DNA from: Atractiella rhizophila
Lineage: Eukaryota
Assembly: GCA_021432655.1 (NCBI GenBank)
Contig: MU271197.1
Location: 1 to 39,951 of the forward strand
Reading direction: 5' to 3'
DNA: 39,951 nt
The position numbers and the translations under genes were made by a program. Under the pieces are notes generated by a model. It ran no database searches, was not told where the DNA came from, and saw only the letters and a list, made by a program, of their open reading frames with translations. Shown here piece after piece: positions 1-12,622 of the stretch. The number at the start of each line of letters is the position of its first letter. Within the stretch, counting starts at the first letter, position 1.

Positions 1-1807
1 CAAGGAGATAGTACGGTGGAGGGGTACGTCAGAGCCCTGCAGCAGGGATGTAGGACAGTGGAGCGTGCGTCCTCTCCTTCTCCATTTCACCAAACATCAC
101 AAATTTGGTTCAGTCGATTGTTGGGACGGACCTGATGAGCCTGTCGTCTACCACGGTCGGACTATGACATCAAAGATCCTGGCGCGCGACGCCTTCACCG
201 CAATCGACAAATACGCCTTCGTCGCCTCTCCCTACCCAGTTATCCTCAGCATAGAGGTGCACTGCAACATGGCCCAGCAGGACAAGCTGGCAGATATCAT
301 GAAGGAGTGTTTTGGAGAAAAGCTCGTACATAGAAGCATTGATGAGCGCGAGCAGGACATTCAGGTCCTTCCCAGCCCGGAAGAACTCAAGTATCGTATA
401 TTGGTCAAGGTTCGTCTTCCAACATGAAGACAGGGTGGGGAAAGAGAACTGATGGATTGATGGACGCATACAGGCGAAGAACAAGTTTATCTCCCCTCCC
501 AAAGCCGAAGAACCTGAACAAGAGGAAGTGATGAGCGACCCCTCCTCTCCGACGAGCGACAGTTCGTCTGACTCCGACTTTAAGCGCGTTGTCTCTGGCT
601 TCTACCGCCGCGTTCGAAAGGGTCGTTCTCCCTCCGAAACCGGCAAGCCTGAACGTCCACACTCTCCTCCCTCCCAGCTATCCATAGCCGACGCCGCTAA
701 TGCAAAGTTGGAAGAGAAGGGCCGTCGGCCTTCAGTACCCACTTCTCCCACCTCACCTTCCGCTTTTGTGGCCCCACCAATCTCACCCACCAATACTAGC
801 AAGGAGAAGGGATCGAAACCAGTCATGTCGTTCGCTCTTGCCGCTCTCATCGTATATACCGTTGGAGTCAAGGGAAGAGGCTTTAATAAGAAGGAATATT
901 ACGCGCCGACGCATGTCATTTCGATCGGAGAGCGGAAACTCTTGAAGATTGTGAAAGAGACGAAGATGGACCTGATCAGTCATACAAGGAATCACGTCGT
1001 CAGAGCTTACCCAGCTGGGAGGAGGTTCACCAGCAGCAATTACGTCCCGGTCAACTTCTGGTCAGCTGGAATGCAGATGGTCGCACTGAACTGGCAGACT
1101 TTCGGTTTGCCCTTCATGTCTTCCTCATCCTTGAACTCAAGGAGAGCGCAGACCTCGGAATGGAGATCAACACTGCACTCTTCGCTCGAAATGGAAAATG
1201 TGGATATGTTCTCAAGCCTGAAATCCTCAGGGTAAAGGGCAAAGACAAAGCAGCTCTGACCACGAACGTTAAATACGAGCTTGACCTCACGGTATGTCAC
1301 CCTCAATCTGCCTTTTATCTTGGCTTAATGCGACCCCTAGCTACTCTCCGCTCAACAACTTCCTCGAATCACAAAAGAGAAGAAAGATGACGACGGTCCC
1401 ACCGTCAGTCCATACGTTGAGATCACCGTGTATGCTCCAGGCATGACGAGTGTCCCCTCCCGCAAGACAAGGGTCATTCGCGGCAATGGCTTCAATCCAT
1501 GCTGGAACGAGAACTTCAAGATCCGTTTCGAAGTCCAGGCTGGGATGCTCGACCTTACTTTCATCCGATTCGAGGTTTTCGAGGCTGAAACGGCCGCGAG
1601 CGACAAGACCTTGGGCCGCTATTGTATCTGTGCCCAGTCACTTCTCCCAGGTGCGTCTCAACCTGCACTATCACGTTCACGCGTGCTAATAGTTTACTTC
1701 CAGGATACCGTCATCTCCCCCTTTACGATCAGTTTGGCGATGAATACCTGTTTTCTTCCCTATTTATCAAGTCGCAAATCAAAAGTCTGTCTTCGAAAGT
1801 CGAATGA
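1..1807 (+). CDS. PLC1: Phosphoinositide-specific phospholipase C (X box end, Y box, C2 domain), 5'-truncated by window edge
   Basis: Spliced exons 1-64, 114-409, 474-1104, 1152-1291, 1341-1650, 1704-1807 give ALQQGCRTVELDCWDG, VYHGRTMTSKI, SPYPVILSIEVHC (X box), RAYPAGRRFTSSNY, GMQMVALNWQTFD, GYVLKP (Y box) and NGFNPCWNE...PGYRHLPL (C2). All introns are GT-AG. Confidence 0.95.
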
Positions 1808-1945
1808 GTATCTACACATTGGGCATGATTCATGTACATATACCATGGACGTTATTCGTTGATCTTGTTACAATGAGGAAAGAAGAATGGAATCAAGAAA
1901 AGGATATCAAAACACAACTAGTAATGCACTTCCTTAACACTTCCT

Positions 1946-4900
1946 TTATTTTGCACTGCGACTTCCGGGTTCAAAAGAGCTTTTGGCCCGTCGGTGAGCT
2001 GAAGAAAGATCGCGGGAAACCTTTCGTTTCGTGGATGGGTCTGGCACTTCGGGCGATAGCAATCTCGTCCTGCATAATATAGCACAGCGCTAAGTAAAAT
2101 TACCTAGATACTTTAAATGGCTTTACATACCGACTGGTCTCGACCACATTACCATCTTTGAGCCGCTGAAGGTCGACTTCAATATTCGAGGGTCGTCGCA
2201 CAAGCGCCTCAGAAACAGGTGGTTGTGGAAGAAGGCGTCCCGGAGAATGTGGCGTCACTATAAACTGGCCATCTTTGCCGCTGGAAGAAGAAGCCAGTGA
2301 TTGGGTAGAGAAAGAATGAGAAAGGGATGTTGATAGCGCGCGAGAGCGGGATTTTGAAGGCGGCGAATTTGTGGGCAATTCACTGAGACCAGCCGATGTA
2401 GCTGATGCGACCAAAGATCGACCAATGCGTTGAATATCCTTCTTGTCTCTCTCCTGATCCCGATTGAGTCGCTCGAGCTTGGAGATGGCATCGCCATTAA
2501 CAGCTACCTGCTGCAAAAGGAGTCAGCAACTGCCGTTTAGCCGTACTGTAACACCTACATTGCGCCACTTGGAGAGGTCTTTCTGCATTTCTTCATAATC
2601 TTCCTTCAATGATTCGTGCTCCGAACGAAGCCTCTCGTACTCAGCTAAATCGACAACCTGCCCTCTGGATGATCGGCTCCGTGATCTCTGAGCATCATGG
2701 ACCTGGCTCTCTAACTCCCTGATTCGAGCCTTCTGGCGTTCAATTTCGGCTTGAAGATCAGACTGCTGTTCAGTTGAAGAACCTGCTCTTGATTTGGGAC
2801 GGGCAGGGGCGGTCGACTGCAATACGGTAGGGCTCGCGGTGCCTTGGATGGCCAGGATTTTGTTCTTTAGACTCTCAAAGCCAGCTTTGCTCGATCCAGA
2901 GGAGGATGGAAACTGGTTGAAACCTAGTCTCAAGTTAAGACCGCTAACTTCGTCTTCAAGTCGTGCGATCTTGAAATCCTTTGACTTGACTTGGTGTTTG
3001 AGACGCTTCTCCTCCTCGCTTGCTGCCATAAGATCCGCTTCAAAGGTAGCAATCCTGTCCTGGAGAAGTGCTAGTTGACATTCCTGGCTTGTTAGTTCTT
3101 TCTTCAAGCGAACTTCAGTTGATCTCAGTGTCTCCATGAGCGTTAACTTCTCCTTCTCCAAAGTCGACGAATGCCTGGATTCGAGCTCCTGCACCCGCAT
3201 CGTCATGTCACTCTCCGTCTGACGAAGGCGCGCTTCTTTTACTTCTGCAAATTCCTTCATTGAGGAAATTTCCGAGTTGAGCATGTCGATTTCCCCTTGA
3301 AGACGCTTCGACTCCCTTGTTTTGATGGAGATCGTATCCTCACAGGTCGTAACCTGACTTTCAAGTTTCCGGACCTTTGCTTTGAGCTCCTTCACGTCCG
3401 CGACAGATTGTTCAGCTAGGAGCTCAGCCTTGTCGACATCACCTTGAAGAGTGAGACGCTCTTCCTCGAAAGACTTTGATTGAGTAACCGCATCCTCAAG
3501 TCGCGATTGCAACGACGCTTGCAAGGTACGACTCTCTTCTAACTCTTTAGACAGCTCGTACGCTTCAGATGACTTTGAGGTAGCTTCGTCTTCGAGATTC
3601 TTGATTGTAGTTTCTGCTGCACCAATTCGAGTCTCGAGCTCTTTGCAACGAATCCGTAGCTCAGAACTAGATTTCAATGCATCCTCAAGCTCTTCTTTCG
3701 CTTTCTGAAGGCCCGCCGAGCTCTCCGCCTTCTGGCGTTCGTGTTCTACTAGTTCGCTCTGCAGCTTCTCGTTGTCGGTTCGGAAGGTTTCAAGTTCAGT
3801 TTCAAGTTGCTCGTGTTGTGACCTCCATTCGTCGATGTCGTACGTTGCCATATCGAGCTTCGTCTTCACGTCTTCCAAGTTCGTACGAAGTTCTGCCTCT
3901 GTTGACTGGGCCGATTCCAGTTCAACCTTGAGCTGGTTGATGGCAGCATCTAGATCAGTCTTGAGGTGTTCGTTGTTCGCAACCGATGAGAGTAGATCTC
4001 TATTGATTCGTTCAACCTCAGCTCTGAGCGAAATCGCCTCATCCTTTTGTTTGGCGCCTTCGACTTTCAAGTCAGTCTTTTCTGCTTCCAGTTGAGCGAC
4101 AACCTGCTGAACTTGGACTATCGCCGTTTTATCTCTATCAATCTGATCCTCCAAGGATCGGTTGAAGAACTTCAACTCTTCCAGTTCTTTTGCAATCACG
4201 TCCTTCTGCTCCACCTCGTGGCGCATCAATTCTTGTGTAGCCTCGAGCTCCTTCTTTTCTACTTCCAACCTAGAAATGATGGCTTGCAGCTCAGCGAGTG
4301 ACGCCTTGGCAGCCGTGAGCTCGTCCTCGAGGATGTGACGGGAGTCGACCATGCGTTCCACATCCGCTGTCAACGCTTCCTTCTCTCTCATGAGCTCAGC
4401 CCTCTCAGCTACCAGACCGTCCTTTTCCGACTGCAGCTGTGTGACTACCGCTTCAACTTCGACGAGAGCCGCCTTGTCTTTTTCTATCTGTTCTTCCACT
4501 TTGCCATTGAGAAGTTTTGACGCATCCAGCTCCCTTTGCAAAGCTTCCTTCTCTTCGGAATGACTAGCTTGAGTGACTTGGAGTTCTTCCCGGATGGCGT
4601 CAAGAGAGACTTGCAGCTCGCTAGCGAGCGTCTTTGAGGAGAAAAGAGCTGCTCGAAAATCCTCCAACTCTGCCAGAAGGCGCTGCTCGGTCTCTTCCTT
4701 CTCAGTGACAACGAGCGATCCTTGAGATTGCATGCGTTCCAACTCTGCGCTGATGGAGGTAAGTGAAACCTTTACCGCTTCGTACTCGTCCTCCTTGGCA
4801 GCAATTTGCGACTTCAGGTCAGCTTGGACGGATTCAGCGCTGGCGAGTTCGTCTTTCAAGCGTTTGGCTTCGTCGTTGACGTTATCCAGTGACTGTTGCA

Positions 4901-7900
4901 GAGACGCGATAGTTTCGATCTTCACGGTCAAATCGGCTTGCAGATCGGCAGAAGCTGCTTTTGTGACTTCAGCTTCTGCCGACGTGGATGTTAAGACTGC
5001 TTGAATGCGTTCTCGTTCTGCCTTGACCTCAATGATTTCCGCATTGAGTCCATCGAGCTGCACCTTCAGGTCCTCAAGCATAGCGAGACTGGATGAGTTT
5101 TGTTCTTGCAACTCGTGACGCTCGCGTTCGAAGGTGGACAACAGATCATTTTTAGACGCTTCGAGCTCGTCGTGTAGTTGCTGGAGATCCTTCTTCTCCC
5201 GAAGAAGTGTTTCTGTCTCTTGTCGAAGAGAGTCTTGCTCCTTCGTGACACTATCGAAGCTGACACGAAGGGAATCGGCGTCTGCGAGCTGTTTCCTGAG
5301 GTCCTCCAACTCCTCATGAGCTTCCTGGAGCGTCTTGCTAACGGTGTCCTTGGCCGCCTTCTCGGCCTCAAGATCACTCGTCAAGCTGGCGACAGATAGC
5401 TGAACCTCGGCAAGATTCTCCTCCCACTGCTTGACTGTCTCCGCCTGATCCCCTTCGATCTTGGTGAGCTTCTCGCATAAGTCGACCCTTTCTGTTTCCA
5501 GAGAAGCAACCTTCTTCATAAGCTCCTCTCTTTCCCCTTCGGTGCTCTTTTCCAGCTGCTCGATGAGGTCTCTGTACTCTTCTGCCTTGGCTGCAAGAGA
5601 GTCAAGATCCATCTTCGCAGACTCAAGCGTTCCTTGGACTTCGACCAGCTCCTTCCTAGCGACGTCGAGCTCTCCGATGGCAGCATCCTTCGCAGCCTTC
5701 TCCTCGTCGAGATCGCTCGTCAACGTCGTCAGAGAGAGCTGAGCTTGGGCAAAGCTCTCCTCCAACCGCTGGACTATCTCAGCCTGACCACCTTCAACCT
5801 TCGCGAATTTGTCGCTTAACTCGTCTCTCTCCGTCTCTAGAGAAAGAACCTTATTCGTGAGCTGATCTCTTTCCTCTTCAGACTTCCTCGTCAACTCATC
5901 AATTTGTGCCTGATACTCCTCGCCCTTCACGGCAAGGGAAGCAAGATCCGCCTGCACAGATTCAAAGGTTTCCTGGACCTGGGTTAGCTCCTTTCTCGTA
6001 GCTTCGAGCTCTTCGATGGTGGCTGTCTTGGAATCCTTTTCTGCCGCAAGGTCGTCTTGCACACTCGTGAGAGAAAGTTGAGATTCGGCGTAGGACTCCT
6101 GCAAGCGCTCGACTGTCTCTTCGTAAACCTTTTCCATTCGAGACATGTCCGAGTGCAGGCGCTCCCTTTCTTCCTCGAGAGTTGCCACCTTTTTCGCAAG
6201 CTCCTCCTTCTCTTCCTCAGCCTCCCTTTCCAACTCAACAACTCGAGTCTCATGTGCCTCTGCCTTCGATGCAGCTGCTTGGAGATCTGCCTTGACTGAA
6301 TCAAAGGATGCCTGGAGTTCGCCCAGAGTCTGCTCCATAACTTGTCGAGCGTTCTGCATTCGAGCAATCTCCGCTCTAAGATCGTCGGCAACTTTCTCCA
6401 GTTCTGCTCTGTCGCCCGCTTCGGTTTCCAGACGCTCTTTCAGGCTGCTCACCTCCTCGCCCAGTCTGCTGGATTCTTCCCGGATCATTTCCAGACTAGA
6501 CGCGAGCTCATTGCTGCTGCTCTTGAGGTCTTCCCGTTCCGTCTTCATTTGCTCCAGTTCTTCGTCCAGAGCTGCCTTCTCGGTGGAAATGGTGTCTTTG
6601 TCGGCTTTTGCGCCTTCAAGCTGTCTGGAAATGTTGTCAAGCATGTCCATGAGCTCTTGAATCCGCTGCTCGCGCTCTTTGAGTCGATCCTCCCCTTCAC
6701 GTCGAATCTCATCGATCTCCTACTTGGCCGTGAGAACATAGTGTGAAGACAGGAAATGTTACGAACCTTCCTCCGGTCCCTTGACGTATCCTCCAAAGCT
6801 CCGTCAACATCGCTCGCCGCCCTCCTCTCTCTCAACAACATCCTCCCAGCTGGGCTGCCCAGTCCAACACCCATCTCTTTAAACCTGTCCTCCACCTCTT
6901 TTCCCAGTGTACCTCTTTCCCTCGCAGGACTAATAATGAAGCTACGGGCTTCCATGCTGACTCGTCTGGCATTGGCGGATACCGTTGGACCTGTGAGGAT
7001 ATGGCGATTGAGGTGCTCAATTTGCTCCTTGAGAGCAATTCTCTCGAGTTGCATCTTCTGCAGATCCTCTTCCGCCTTTCGTCTTTCGCTCTGAATCTCA
7101 TTCAGCCGATGAATTTCGGGGTTAAGAGAGTCCTCGTCATCAGAGGGATCATCTGGATCGTTGTTTCGCATGTAGTCGCTGTTCTTTTGAAGCTGTTCTT
7201 TCAACGCTTCAATTTCAGCCATGTACTTCTGTATGAGGGTCTTCTCTTGCATAATCTGTACCTTCTGATCAGCAACAGACAACAAAGGAGGAGAAGGACA
7301 TACAATTCCACGCTCCGCGTTAGTAACGATCATCTTTGCTCGTTGAGCGAACTTCAAAGTGCTGAGAGTTTCGACCCCATGCTGGAATTCAGGAGAGATG
7401 GCGCAGACAATAGCAACGCGTGCATTTCCTGAAAGGGAGGTTTGGAGGAGTCGGGTAAGTTTAGAATCGCGGAATGGGACGTGTGTTGTTCTGCCGTACA
7501 ATAAGATGCTTTGTGGAAGCAATGCAAGATAAGACATACCCTTTGCCCTCCGTTAACTTGGCAATAACAGTCCCAAGAGCCAGCAAGCTCTTGTTGATGA
7601 AAGCTCCCTCCTTCCTTCTCTCCTCAGCAGCAGCAGCTCGCTCACTTCCTGCTAGATCAATGAGGTTGAGTTGACTCTTCCGCACTTCTTCATCACCGCT
7701 CTCTTTCCCATGGCTTTCGATAGTCTATAGTAACAAAAGGGCATGTCAACAACGCCAGAAAAGAGAATCGTGCATAACATACCATTGTGAAAACAGCGTG
7801 ACTTCGAGAACTCCTCTCATTCCATTCCGTCTCTCCCACCTTCCTCTCATCTCCACCTCTCCTCAAAATATCCATGACCTGTCCATGATGCAGCACAATC

Positions 7901-9035
7901 TCCTCCTTCAAGTTTCCAACATATATCCTCCCCTTCTTATCTTCGTGAATTTTGAGCTGGGGGAGTTCTACTTGCGAAGAGGGGGACATTTGAAGAAGGT
8001 CGCGCAAGTTTTCTTTGTAGATTTCAAGGAAAGAGACGCGGATTAGAAATTCACGAGAAGGGCTGGAAGAGATGAGGTCGAAAATTTCGGTGACAGCGAG
8101 AGGGATAATTCCAGGTTGATCCTCAGTACCCATCCTACATCAATGTCAGTCGAGAATCGTCGGCATGGAAGAGCGCACATGGTATGAGTCTTTCCTGAAG
8201 CCGTTTGACCGTATCTATCAATCTGAGTGTCAAAAGACATGCTCTACCGTGAGTCAATCTAGTAGAAGACGAACGCGAAGACAGTCCCGTTGAAGCCTTC
8301 CATCGCAGCTTTCACGACTGCACTAATGCGGCTCTCATACAGAGAAAAGGTTGTCTCTTCTGGTCCCACGAGCGCATCTGTGTGTTGCCCGTCAACCCCG
8401 CTCCCAAGTTACGAAGGAAGGAAAGACATACCAAAAGCAAAATCCATTTCCAGTCCTTTAATCGTCGCAGGATGAGCATTCGTCAACGCGATCGTCTTCT
8501 CTGTAGTTTTGTAGATGGGCGGGTCCGGCTCGTCCCTACAGGGTCTCATCCTCACACAGACTACTATATTCTCAGCTTCCTTCTCCTTCTTCCCTCCAGA
8601 ACTTCCAACCTCATCAGCACGCGACAGCCCCAACATGCTTTCGCTCCTCTTCTTCCTTTTCCTCCCCTCCTCGATCCCTCCTCCTCCAGCAATTGATGAC
8701 ATAGGAGCAATAGAAAGCGCTCGCTTGTGGCCCCTCATCGAATGATGTACTCTCTTGATAGGTGACGCGCTCCCAGACCGTGGGAAGATGATCGGTTGAG
8801 ACTCGTCCTCATTGGGTAAATCGACCTCCATATCCCTAAAGCTCTTCGTTTTCTTCAATTCCTTCGCAATTCCAACCTCATCTCCGTCCCCAAACGCAAA
8901 AGTAGGCTTCTTCTTCGGACTCTCATTAAGGGCGTTGATCGAAGGGAAAGAGACAGATGAGGCAGTCGTGTGTTGTTTCCGCGTAGTTCTTCGTGGCGGT
9001 GGCATTGGCGAGGGTGGTGAGGAGCCCCCTGACAT
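1946..9035 (-). CDS. Kinesin-7 family (CENP-E/KipA-like) motor with very long coiled-coil stalk
   Basis: Motifs [12 protein letters not shown]-loop [11 protein letters not shown], switch [45 protein letters not shown] and ETLSTLKFA, followed by an exon of more than 1,300 aa of E/K/L coiled coil. ATG at 9035 (MSGGSSPP). Last exon ends ...GSRSAK-TAA at 1946. Confidence 0.9.
5300..6330 (-). repeat. Three degenerate in-frame 113-aa (339-bp) repeats in the kinesin stalk
   Basis: SFDSVKADL / TFESVQADL / TLESAKMDL and [15 protein letters not shown] / [15 protein letters not shown] / [15 protein letters not shown] recur with 113-aa spacing. DNA anchors at 6301, 5962 and 5623. Confidence 0.8.
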
Positions 9036-9862
9036 TCTGTAGAGAGGCAATGGCTGGGGAAGGGACTCGTTCGAGAGCGCGAAGTGGTGGTTTGTTTGGG
9101 AAAACAAGATGCAAGTGACGCGTAGATACTCATTAAACATCACGTGATGAACGACGATTGTCCTGGATGGATGAAACGAAGGTCTTGGAGGAGGAGTTGA
9201 TGAGATGGAGTTGTAGTCGACCAATTCTTGGGTGTCGGGTTAAAGGTGTGTGTTCTTGTGGTGGAAGAAAGAGCAGAGACTGTCCATCAGATTCTACCCA
9301 GTTTTGAGGCTGACCATCCATTGTGCTCCTCCTCAAATGCTTTGAAATGTCGAACAACGAAACTAAGAAGTGGGGTGGGTTCCTGGGAATGTGATGCGCC
9401 ATTTCTGCCTATCATTTCTCTTTTAATGGAAATGGACATGTTTGAAGAACTTGTCGAAGAATGAAAAGGCAAAGAGTTGGCAGCAGAACGTCCATTCATG
9501 ACTTGAGACTAATCGGCTCTGGGTACTCTCAGGAGTGTAGTCTGCGTTTAGAATCTTTAGACCATAGTCTTTAGACGCTAGAGCGTATCCTTGTTTTGTG
9601 TGTCCTGGTCCTTCTGTACTTTTACATTCTTGTGCTTAGTTGATCCTTCATGATTCACTGTGGCGATACCCGCTCTGCAACGCACAAACATTTGTGGCGA
9701 CGAAGCCCTTCCATGCCGAACAGAAAGTCACTGGGGAATAGTTCGGCCACAAACGGTTGATATCTGACTGGGTCCGCAATTGAATGTTGACTGTTCACGA
9801 CATTCACATCAAAACCTAAGTTCAGCAGTATTGTTTCTCTAACTAACGTCGCCGCACTTGGG

Positions 9863-9870
9863 TATAAAAG
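9863..9870 (+). promoter_or_regulatory. TATA box of hemerythrin-like copy A
   Basis: TATAAAAG about 48 nt upstream of ATG 9911. The paralog has TATAAAGG near 11315, about 35 nt upstream of its ATG. Confidence 0.5.
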
Positions 9871-9910
9871 CAGGACGCTGACTGCAACTTGGCAATAAGA
9901 ATCCACAGAC

Positions 9911-10862
9911 ATGGCATCATCGTCTTATCCTACTCATGCTGTCTCCATGGAGGGTGAAGTGGACGAAGCAATTCGCCATGGGTTTTCAACTGCACAAGCT
10001 GATGTTTCAAAGCTTGATGCCGCCAGCACCATCAAGTTCGACATGATTCGTGCTCATGTGATCCTCAAAAATGGGTATACATCAATTCTGAAGCAAGTCG
10101 ATGAGGATCATTACAAAGATTTGCCCAATTGGATCGGATACGTGGAGGCATGGTGCGTGACTGTCGCCCATCGTGAGTTGTTTGTTGTCCATAAATCAGA
10201 CCAAATTGTCGAAATGGGGGCTCAACCCTCCATCCTAGATCATGACGCTGAGGAGCTGCATTTGTTCCCATACCTAAGCACAAAGATGAATGTTCACGAG
10301 GAGCTCGAGGATCACAAGATTATTCATGACGGCATTGAAGACCTACTGAAGTGGATTGTCGCAGCCAAAAGTGATCGTTCAAAGTATTCTGCTCAGCTAC
10401 TCAAGTCCGTCTTCTTCTTCTCTCTGCTCAATTTCGTCCATCAAACCGCGCTACAGGGAAAAGCTGTCCCGCATGGGACCGACATTCCTTAAGCATTTGG
10501 ACGAAGAAGTGGAGCACTTGTCGTGTGTACTTTGACCTCCATGCTTAGCAGTATCCTCAGTTTACTTCAAAACAGTCACGAAAACTTACTGCAGTTCCCT
10601 GAGGACGAGCTGGGCAGCGCATGGAAAGGGTTCTTGAACTATGCGAAGACACACAGCAACCCTTTCATCGCGCTTCCGTTTATCAAGTCTCACACGCCAC
10701 CTGAATACAAGTGGTGGCCCGCAGGTGTTCCTTGGATCATCAACAAACTTATGGTTCGTGTTAGTTTTTCGAGTAACTTTTCATATTGATAAGAATTAGG
10801 TGCCACTTCTCCCATTAAAACATTCGGGATACTGGAAATATGCACCCTATCCTACTTCTTGA
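9911..10862 (+). CDS. Hemerythrin-like (HHE cation-binding) protein, copy A
   Basis: Five spliced exons give MIRAHVILKNGY, AHHHDAEELHLFP, LEDHKIIH, KHLDEEVEHL and C-terminal GYWKYAPYP. The H/HxxxE spacing is typical of HHE domains. Confidence 0.8.
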
Positions 10863-11348
10863 GCGCCGCTGTTTAGCTCTTGGTTATCATATACTCATCT
10901 TTGCAAGCACAGCTGAGTTAAAGCTGATTTCTTCAATCGGAGAACTAAACTCAAGCCACAATGTGTCTGTATCCCTGTTGAGTTTCCTTGTAGGAAAAGG
11001 CGTATCCCGCTCAATACCAATGACCGCACAACTAACTTACCAAGCGCCAGCCCGGATGACACAGCACGGACACCTCACATCTGCATATATCTACGGAGCA
11101 TAATTCTTCATGATAGCTTTGCGCTTGGAAAGCCCTTTACATTCACAATTGTTCGGCGGTTCGTAGGCTCCGGCATGCCTGAGGAGAACGGGAGAACAAC
11201 AGGTCAACGAGAGCTTGTACCTTTGTCGAGCTTCCGAGCTACAGACAATGGCAAACGACGAAAGAATATGACAGATACCTTTCGAAAACCTGATGGTATG
11301 CTTCCAGGTTCCATATAAAGGCGCGCAGGTCAATCAAATTGCTGAAGA

Positions 11349-12347
11349 ATGTCGCGAACTACTGCTACTCAGCCTCAGGCTGCTCCTGCCCCAATTTTTG
11401 AAGGTGAAGCAGATGAAGCAGTCCGCAATGGCTTTTCAACAAATGAGGCAGAAGCCTTAAAGCTCGATCCTGCTGGCCAGATCAAATTCCACATGATTCG
11501 TGCTCATGTTATGATCAAGAATGGGTACAACTCGATCGTAAAACAGGTCAACGACAACCACTCTAACGATTTAGATAACTGGATTGGGTATTTGTTCTCT
11601 CCTCGCAGATTTGAACAAGTGTTTACTGGCTACTCCTCGTGCTTTAAGCTATGTGCAAACATGGCTTACAATTGTAGCACACCGTAAGTGATTTGACACG
11701 TCTGACATTGATGGACGCACAGTTCACCTCGGGATAGACCACGACGCGGAAGAGAGACACCTTTTTCCATATCTGGCCACGAAATTGGATTTGCAAGAAG
11801 AGCTACAGGATCACAAAGTAATACATGGCGGCATAGATGACATGTTGGAGTGGGTTACAGAAGTGAAGAAAGACCACTCGAAGTACTCTTCTGAGACCTT
11901 GAAGTCGGTTCTTCCTTTTTCTCACGGCCTTGTTTGATCCAGACCAGGGGGAAGCTGTCCCGCATCGGACCAACACTCTTCAAACATCTAACAGAAGAAG
12001 TAGAGCATCTTTCGTTCGTCCTTTGTTGAGTTATTTGAGAGTTTTCTGATCCCAGAAGGCACGAGAATCTGTCCCAATTCCCTCCAGAGGGCTTGGAAGC
12101 GGCTTGGGGCGAGGTAGAAAACTATGCGAAGAAGCATGCGGACCCTTTCATGGGGCTACCTTTTGCCAAATCGCATACACCTCCAGAGTACAAATGGTGG
12201 CCATCCCTGGGTTGGTTCCTGACCAAAGTCCTTGTAAGATTCTCGCCCTCCATTTTGAGATTTGCTGAGAGCACGGCCTGTCAGCCGCCTCTTTTCTCTT
12301 GGAAATATTCAGGATATTGGAAGTACTCACCATATCCGACCCGATGA
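11349..12347 (+). CDS. Hemerythrin-like (HHE cation-binding) protein, copy B (tandem paralog)
   Basis: Six exons give MIRAHVMIKNGY, AHHHDAEERHLFP, LQDHKVIH, KHLTEEVEHL and GYWKYSPYPTR. Colinear with copy A. Confidence 0.8.
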
Positions 12348-12622
12348 TGTGGCTATCTCTATCTGAATGCTCCCATCTGCATATCTCCAGCCACGCGACT
12401 GCAGCCCCATCGCTACTTGAATAACATCTACAAGAATATGACAGACTGTGTATGCTTGGACTTTCTGGTATTGCGGGTCTTTGCTAAGCCAAAAAAACAT
12501 CATGATTACTATAACAGGAGGCAATGCTGGAGTAATACTAAGACCGATGGCTAAGATCGGTGAAAACATGATGAAGGGGGAGGAATTGAAGGCAAATGTT
12601 GCAAATTCGTAGGGCATCAGGT

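Noticed and set aside
2794..7432. Many + strand ORFs (60-170 aa) over the kinesin
   Set aside because: S/F/L-rich antisense shadows of an E/K-rich coiled-coil gene, with no independent coding signal.
9546..9580. Short TCTTTAGAC direct repeats upstream of hemerythrin A
   Set aside because: Too short to distinguish from chance, and not seen upstream of copy B.
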